DNA of 64,000 bases, taken from Perkinsus chesapeaki ATCC PRA-425. Its lineage: Eukaryota; Protista; Perkinsozoa. The notes beneath the pieces are model-generated. The model ran no database searches, was not told the origin of the DNA, and saw only the letters and a program-made list of their open reading frames with translations. The stretch spans positions 1 to 64,000 of the forward strand of contig JAAPAO010000100.1 of NCBI GenBank assembly GCA_013115145.1. The letters are read 5' to 3'. Positions 59,231 to 64,000 of the stretch are shown here, in pieces. The position numbers were made by a program, and so were the translations under genes. The stretch's first letter is position 1, and each line of letters opens with the position of its first letter.

Positions 59231-61561
59231 ATGACTCACTTGAAACGTATATCATGGCTAATCTTGTATGTAGCCTCGATGATAAGAGAAATCACGTGTG
59301 CGGGAGCTCCGCGCGCGGAGCTAGGATCTGTTGGAGCTACCCAGGAGTTGGTTCGCTACTCGCAAGTGAAGGGAAGGCCCTACGTGGTGTCTTACGATTC
59401 CCGGGCCTTCCTCATTGATAATAACCGAACCTTGCTTCTTGGAGGCTCAGTTCACTACCCTAGGCTTGCCCCAGAAGAATGGGGTCCAATATTGAAGAAC
59501 ATGGCTCTTGATGGGTTGAACCATGTCCAAATTTATGTATTCTGGAACGTCCATGAGCCGAATCCTCCCAAGTATGATGCAGCCTCTAAGACTTATGCTC
59601 ATTCCTATGATCTTAGTGGAAGAGCTGATTTGGTTAAGTTCATCAAATTGGCGGGCGAGAATGATTTATTTGTTAATGTTCGTATTGGACCTTATGTCTG
59701 TGCCGAGTTTACCTTTGGTGGCATCCCTGTCTGGACCAAGGACATCCCTGGCATGTGTTACAGGTCTATTTGTGGATGGCATTCTGGGTCGCCTGAAATC
59801 TGCGAGCCTTGGAAGACTGGTACCACAGCTGGATGCGATCCCTGGAGGCAGCAGATGGCCGACTTTACTCTCTTCATTGTCGATCTTATCAATAAGAATG
59901 ACCTTAGTGCTGAGCAAGGTGGCCCTGTGATTATGGCACAGATCGAAAATGAGTATAACAATCACGAGCCTGTTGGAAATGCTTATATCGCGTGGTGTGG
60001 TGATTTGGCTACGAATAGCACCTTAAATGTCCCTTGGGTTATGTGCAACGGCATGTCTGCTAAAGGCACGCTAAATGTGTGCAATGCGTACGACTGCGAG
60101 GGTTACGCCAAGCAACATGATAAGGAGTGGCCTGATCAGCCCCTTGGGTGGACCGAGGACGAAGGCTGGTTTGTCACTTGGGATCCTGCAAATACACACA
60201 TATATGACAGATCTCCGGAAGAGATGGCTTATGTTGTGGCGAAGTGGGTAGCTATTGGTGGTAGTCATCATAACTATTATATGTGGTATGGTGGTAATCA
60301 TATTGGTCAATGGGGTGCTGCTTCTCTCACTAACGCTTATGCTCAAGGGGTCAATGTACTTCCAAGCGGTCTTCCTCATGAACCCAAGAAGTCTCATTTG
60401 GCAAAACTTCATAAAGTGCTTGGGGCACTTAACGGAGAACTCATGAGCGTTGCGGATCGTAAAACAATCAAACCACAGAGTCTCGATAAGGGTATACAAC
60501 TATATCAATGGACACCAAATCTTGGATTCCTACATCGTCCTACGTGTTCTGATCAGCCGGCAGTTGTTACTCTAAATGGAACCAGCTATACGGTATCATG
60601 TCAAGAAGTGCTGATAATCAATCCCCAGTCGGGAACGGTTTATTACGCGAGTGCCCAAGTCCCCGCTGGAGGATCCATAGTAAACAATGTTATTGCGACC
60701 CTTGATAGTGTGAGCTCCGCGCCAGAGAAGTTCTCAAGGGGCATGGGAACTCGTAACAGCTCCTATCCTATCGACCAACTCAGTATCGCTGGACTCGATA
60801 CTGACTATGTCTTATACACGACATCTTTTATCAGTCCATCTGACAATTATGTGGATCTGAAGATAGGCTCAGGCGGGTCACAAGCCTTTTATATATCGTT
60901 TGATGGTGGCAAATCGTTTCCCGCGTCCACGATGAACATCATTAAGGGTACCTATCAGTGGACGGCGACAGCAAGTCTGAAAGGAGTGAAGGTTGGCCAG
61001 AGGTATGCTTTGCACATTCTCTCTGAAAGCCTTGGTATTGAGAACTATGGAAACATGAAGGCATGCCTAGATAAAGGCATAATGAGCGACGTAACGGTTG
61101 GTGGGAAGTCGATATATAAAGGTGAATGGACCATGGTTAAAGGTCTCGATGGTGAGGTCTCAAATGGGACCGAACCCTTTGATACAGCAGGTACGGCTGT
61201 CGGTGCCACTAGTGCCAACGTTCCCACATGGTTCTACTCCGAGTTTGACTTGCCTCCGGCTAAACCTTCTGATTGGGGCGTGAGGTCTGTATCTTTGAGG
61301 ATTCCTAAGGGGCTCCCTAACAATGCCGGTGGCCATATCTGGTTGAACGGTAAGAATATTGGAAGATGGCGAGCGACCTTCCAGCCGAGGACCGGAGATT
61401 ATGTCCAACCCGAGTACAGACTGCCAGCTGATGCTTTATTTATTGGTAAGAACAAGTTGGCCGTCTTTAGCGCCACTGGAGACTGGGTATCATCTGCTAT
61501 ACGACCAGCAGAGATAATTGAGAGCTTCTACGTTCCGGTTAGGCATGTTGAACATCATTAA
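59231..61561 (+). CDS. Beta-galactosidase (GH35), secreted, intronless, copy 2
   Basis: Same catalytic motifs as copy 1. The ORF is open from 59150, but the ATG at 59231 gives a signal-peptide-like start. Confidence 0.93.
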   Translation: MTHLKRISWLILYVASMIREITCAGAPRAELGSVGATQELVRYSQVKGRPYVVSYDSRAFLIDNNRTLLLGGSVHYPRLAPEEWGPILKNMALDGLNHVQIYVFWNVHEPNPPKYDAASKTYAHSYDLSGRADLVKFIKLAGENDLFVNVRIGPYVCAEFTFGGIPVWTKDIPGMCYRSICGWHSGSPEICEPWKTGTTAGCDPWRQQMADFTLFIVDLINKNDLSAEQGGPVIMAQIENEYNNHEPVGNAYIAWCGDLATNSTLNVPWVMCNGMSAKGTLNVCNAYDCEGYAKQHDKEWPDQPLGWTEDEGWFVTWDPANTHIYDRSPEEMAYVVAKWVAIGGSHHNYYMWYGGNHIGQWGAASLTNAYAQGVNVLPSGLPHEPKKSHLAKLHKVLGALNGELMSVADRKTIKPQSLDKGIQLYQWTPNLGFLHRPTCSDQPAVVTLNGTSYTVSCQEVLIINPQSGTVYYASAQVPAGGSIVNNVIATLDSVSSAPEKFSRGMGTRNSSYPIDQLSIAGLDTDYVLYTTSFISPSDNYVDLKIGSGGSQAFYISFDGGKSFPASTMNIIKGTYQWTATASLKGVKVGQRYALHILSESLGIENYGNMKACLDKGIMSDVTVGGKSIYKGEWTMVKGLDGEVSNGTEPFDTAGTAVGATSANVPTWFYSEFDLPPAKPSDWGVRSVSLRIPKGLPNNAGGHIWLNGKNIGRWRATFQPRTGDYVQPEYRLPADALFIGKNKLAVFSATGDWVSSAIRPAEIIESFYVPVRHVEHH

Positions 61562-62957
61562 GAATCTCGTCATGGTATTTATAGTCCGACCTTATTCGTC
61601 ATTCTCAATTGTAACTTACAATGTGTAAGTGTGGCCCTTACCGAGGTAATGCGCCTGAAATACAGGCTCTGTATGAAATTCTTGACAGCATTCAGTATTG
61701 TGCATGGTCGTAATCGAGCCTCGTGCGGCATCGGGTCAGACGGATCTTTTTGCTCAATTTGCCGTTAATCGGCATGAGCAAACGGTCTGTAAGCAGCCTG
61801 GTTGAACCAGAGAGACGATTTGATCGCCGCATCTGTTTGATTAGCCTTGTTTCACAGACCAGAATGCGATGCGTTAAGTCCAGTGTCAAAACAACGGTAG
61901 TCGTATAGTCAAAAAGAGGATCCCTGTTATTGCTTGCTATGAGAGTCCTGGGTACGGCTCGAGCTGAGCCAAATGAAAATGTGTCCGGGTTTCGGGTTTG
62001 TGTGTTCCTCTCGCACTGTGCGAGAGGAACATGGAAAGAGCAACAAATTTCTGATCTAGTGCTACCATTTTCATCCTCAGACTCGATCTACATCACATTC
62101 AGATCGGCGCTGGACAATTTTTTTGACCAGACTGTATGTCGAGCCTCGACTATAAATTTGGGTTGAGTAAAAAATCTTCGACAGGTGAAGGTACCTGCAG
62201 CAGCTTGTGCTGTCACAGTTCTTTGGCCTTTGAAGATAGAAGGCGAGGAGGAGGGACAAGGCACGATCTGAAAAAGATGGCATCGCTGACTAATACCGTA
62301 TTTTGACGTTCCGTGGAGAGCGTCAACCCCTCACTCACCAAGAACTTCAATGAACCCCATCCTTTTGGAGAGTGGGATCGCGCCGTCGTTTTCCTCATCA
62401 ACATAAAGAGTCATTGCGAGTACGTTTTTCGCTTTACGACCCTGAAGGATACGTCAGGTCGTGACATACGAGTTTGAGCCCAACAATCAGATTTGCAACA
62501 TATCATATCCTTGCCGTTACACAGATAGCAAACCATGCAAACCATTATACTGTATTGAAAACACTTCTCTAGCAAAGTTCCTTTTGACAAAATATCACAA
62601 AACACATGAAGAATTACTTCTTTCTCAATTACGCATACTCACTTGTTGAATGCTGTAACGGATTAGTTGCGTACCGATGCCACCTCCACGGAACTTAGGG
62701 GATACCTCAACCTGAAATCAAGCAGAAGTCATTATTCCGTAAATCACACTCGCTGAGCGACGTACTTCATCTATATAGCCAAATGTCCCGCTCTTCTTAG
62801 GATCCGACCTGACGCCAATAGTGATAGCACGTAAGATAGAAAGTCATGCGGCGAAATAGAAGTCTTTATCGCCTCGCTACATCTCCGATCTGACAGCTGC
62901 TTCTTCGATCATGGATTTCGTGTCAGGTATAGTCATCACAATGAATCCAACGACCTC

Positions 62958-63224
62958 CTAAAATGAGAAAACTCGGACCGCGAGTTGAGCTTGGACGGCT
63001 AATCTGGCGAGCCTGATGATATTTACATCATATATTACATGCGGTTTCCCTTGACTGTCGATGGCCACATAACAAGGAGTGCTCCTTTCCTTCGAGCATT
63101 TAGAGAAGGATGAGCTATCGGAGTAGTCGCCTTCTTGATAGTCACGGTAGGCTATATTCCCTGCCACGAGCACAAAGGGCAGAAGATACAGATATAGGTT
63201 CATCTTTAATGAAACAGCCGACAC
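62958..63224 (-). CDS. Possible small secreted hypothetical protein (first exon)
   Basis: MNLYLYLLPFVLVAG signal-like start. Downstream exons not resolved. Confidence 0.3.
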   Translation of the reverse strand: MSAVSLKMNLYLYLLPFVLVAGNIAYRDYQEGDYSDSSSFSKCSKERSTPCYVAIDSQGKPHVIYDVNIIRLARLAVQAQLAVRVFSF

Positions 63225-64000
63225 ACAGGCGGAGCTAACATGATATGTAACGCGTGCCAGTTATACCAGATCATGGCACGAATGTCAGTTTATGGCTACA
63301 CGGTATCACTGATTACTAATCAGGGAATTGCGGCTCAGTTGTATTTGGTTATGTGTCTGCGTGCCATGTAAGTTGTGTGGAGTATCGGTCAGAGGAGGAG
63401 AAGGCAAGCTCCACATAGACGGCAACAGAAGTTGTAGTTTGGAATAATAGGATTATTTGCCGATATAATTTTGTGTGAATCTCTGCTCTCACCCGGATGT
63501 CGGCGTAGTGCCTAACCGATTGACCTTTCGTGGTCGGCTTCCCAGTATCTTCGATTGGTCTTGTGGGAGTCTGCCTCGGGCGAAGGAAAGCCTTCGACTC
63601 TGGGGCTGAGAGTGGGCGCCACAATATAGCATCCTATCATTGACAACACTACGTTACACGATGTAACTCGACCGCCAAGACAGCCTGTATACAAGCTCGG
63701 AGCTTGAAGCTCCTTATAGGTTGTAATGATGCTCAGTTCTGATCACCTTTCTTCTCATCAACTTCTCAGATCTCGTGGATAGCACTGTTAGACTGCGCCA
63801 CACCGGAGCGTTTTCGTGTGTGTGTTTATGGTCCAACGCAAAAAATGGCATAGACTATTCTTTATATATGCATCTTCACTATGTGTTCCCTGCTGCGTTC
63901 TCCTATCCCCTTATAAACTATTTTGTCTCCCGAAGCTCGGGCCCGAAGACTTAAACATTGTTATACATAATCCGCAAAGGAGCCTGTAAGGCTGTGGTAG

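Noticed and set aside
1-64000. Spliced-leader RNA gene or relic (CCGTAGCCATYTTGGCTCAAG-type), rRNA, CRISPR array
   Set aside because: No match seen on either strand by eye, and no regularly spaced repeat-spacer array.

Overview
Eukaryotic nuclear DNA with compact genes and many 40-60 nt GT-AG introns. It is most consistent with Perkinsus, an alveolate parasite (inferred from gene style and content, not confirmed). Genes fall into same-strand blocks. The minus block at about 3-20 kb holds a rhomboid, two FSH1-type hydrolases, a transglutaminase-like protein, two MFS transporters and two MATH-domain genes. A plus block at 20.3-22.7 kb holds a hypothetical gene and an EamA/DMT transporter. A minus block at 35.5-45.5 kb holds meiotic MSH4, a TPR protein and an SV2-like MFS. 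The plus block at 46-61.6 kb holds eIF3g, uridine kinase-UPRT, an HIRRGD glycosyltransferase and two GH35 beta-galactosidases. The 22.3-35.9 kb interval is a duplication of the convergent tails of EamA and MSH4, with gene debris and a probable solo LTR whose empty site is visible in the other copy. The most unusual signal is recurrent, often chained, perfect inverted repeats with a single-base spacer (arms up to 17 bp). They lie in intergenic DNA and near rearrangement junctions, and paralog comparison shows some correspond to insertions. No rRNA, tRNA, CRISPR or spliced-leader gene was recognised. Exon boundaries were read by eye and are approximate.
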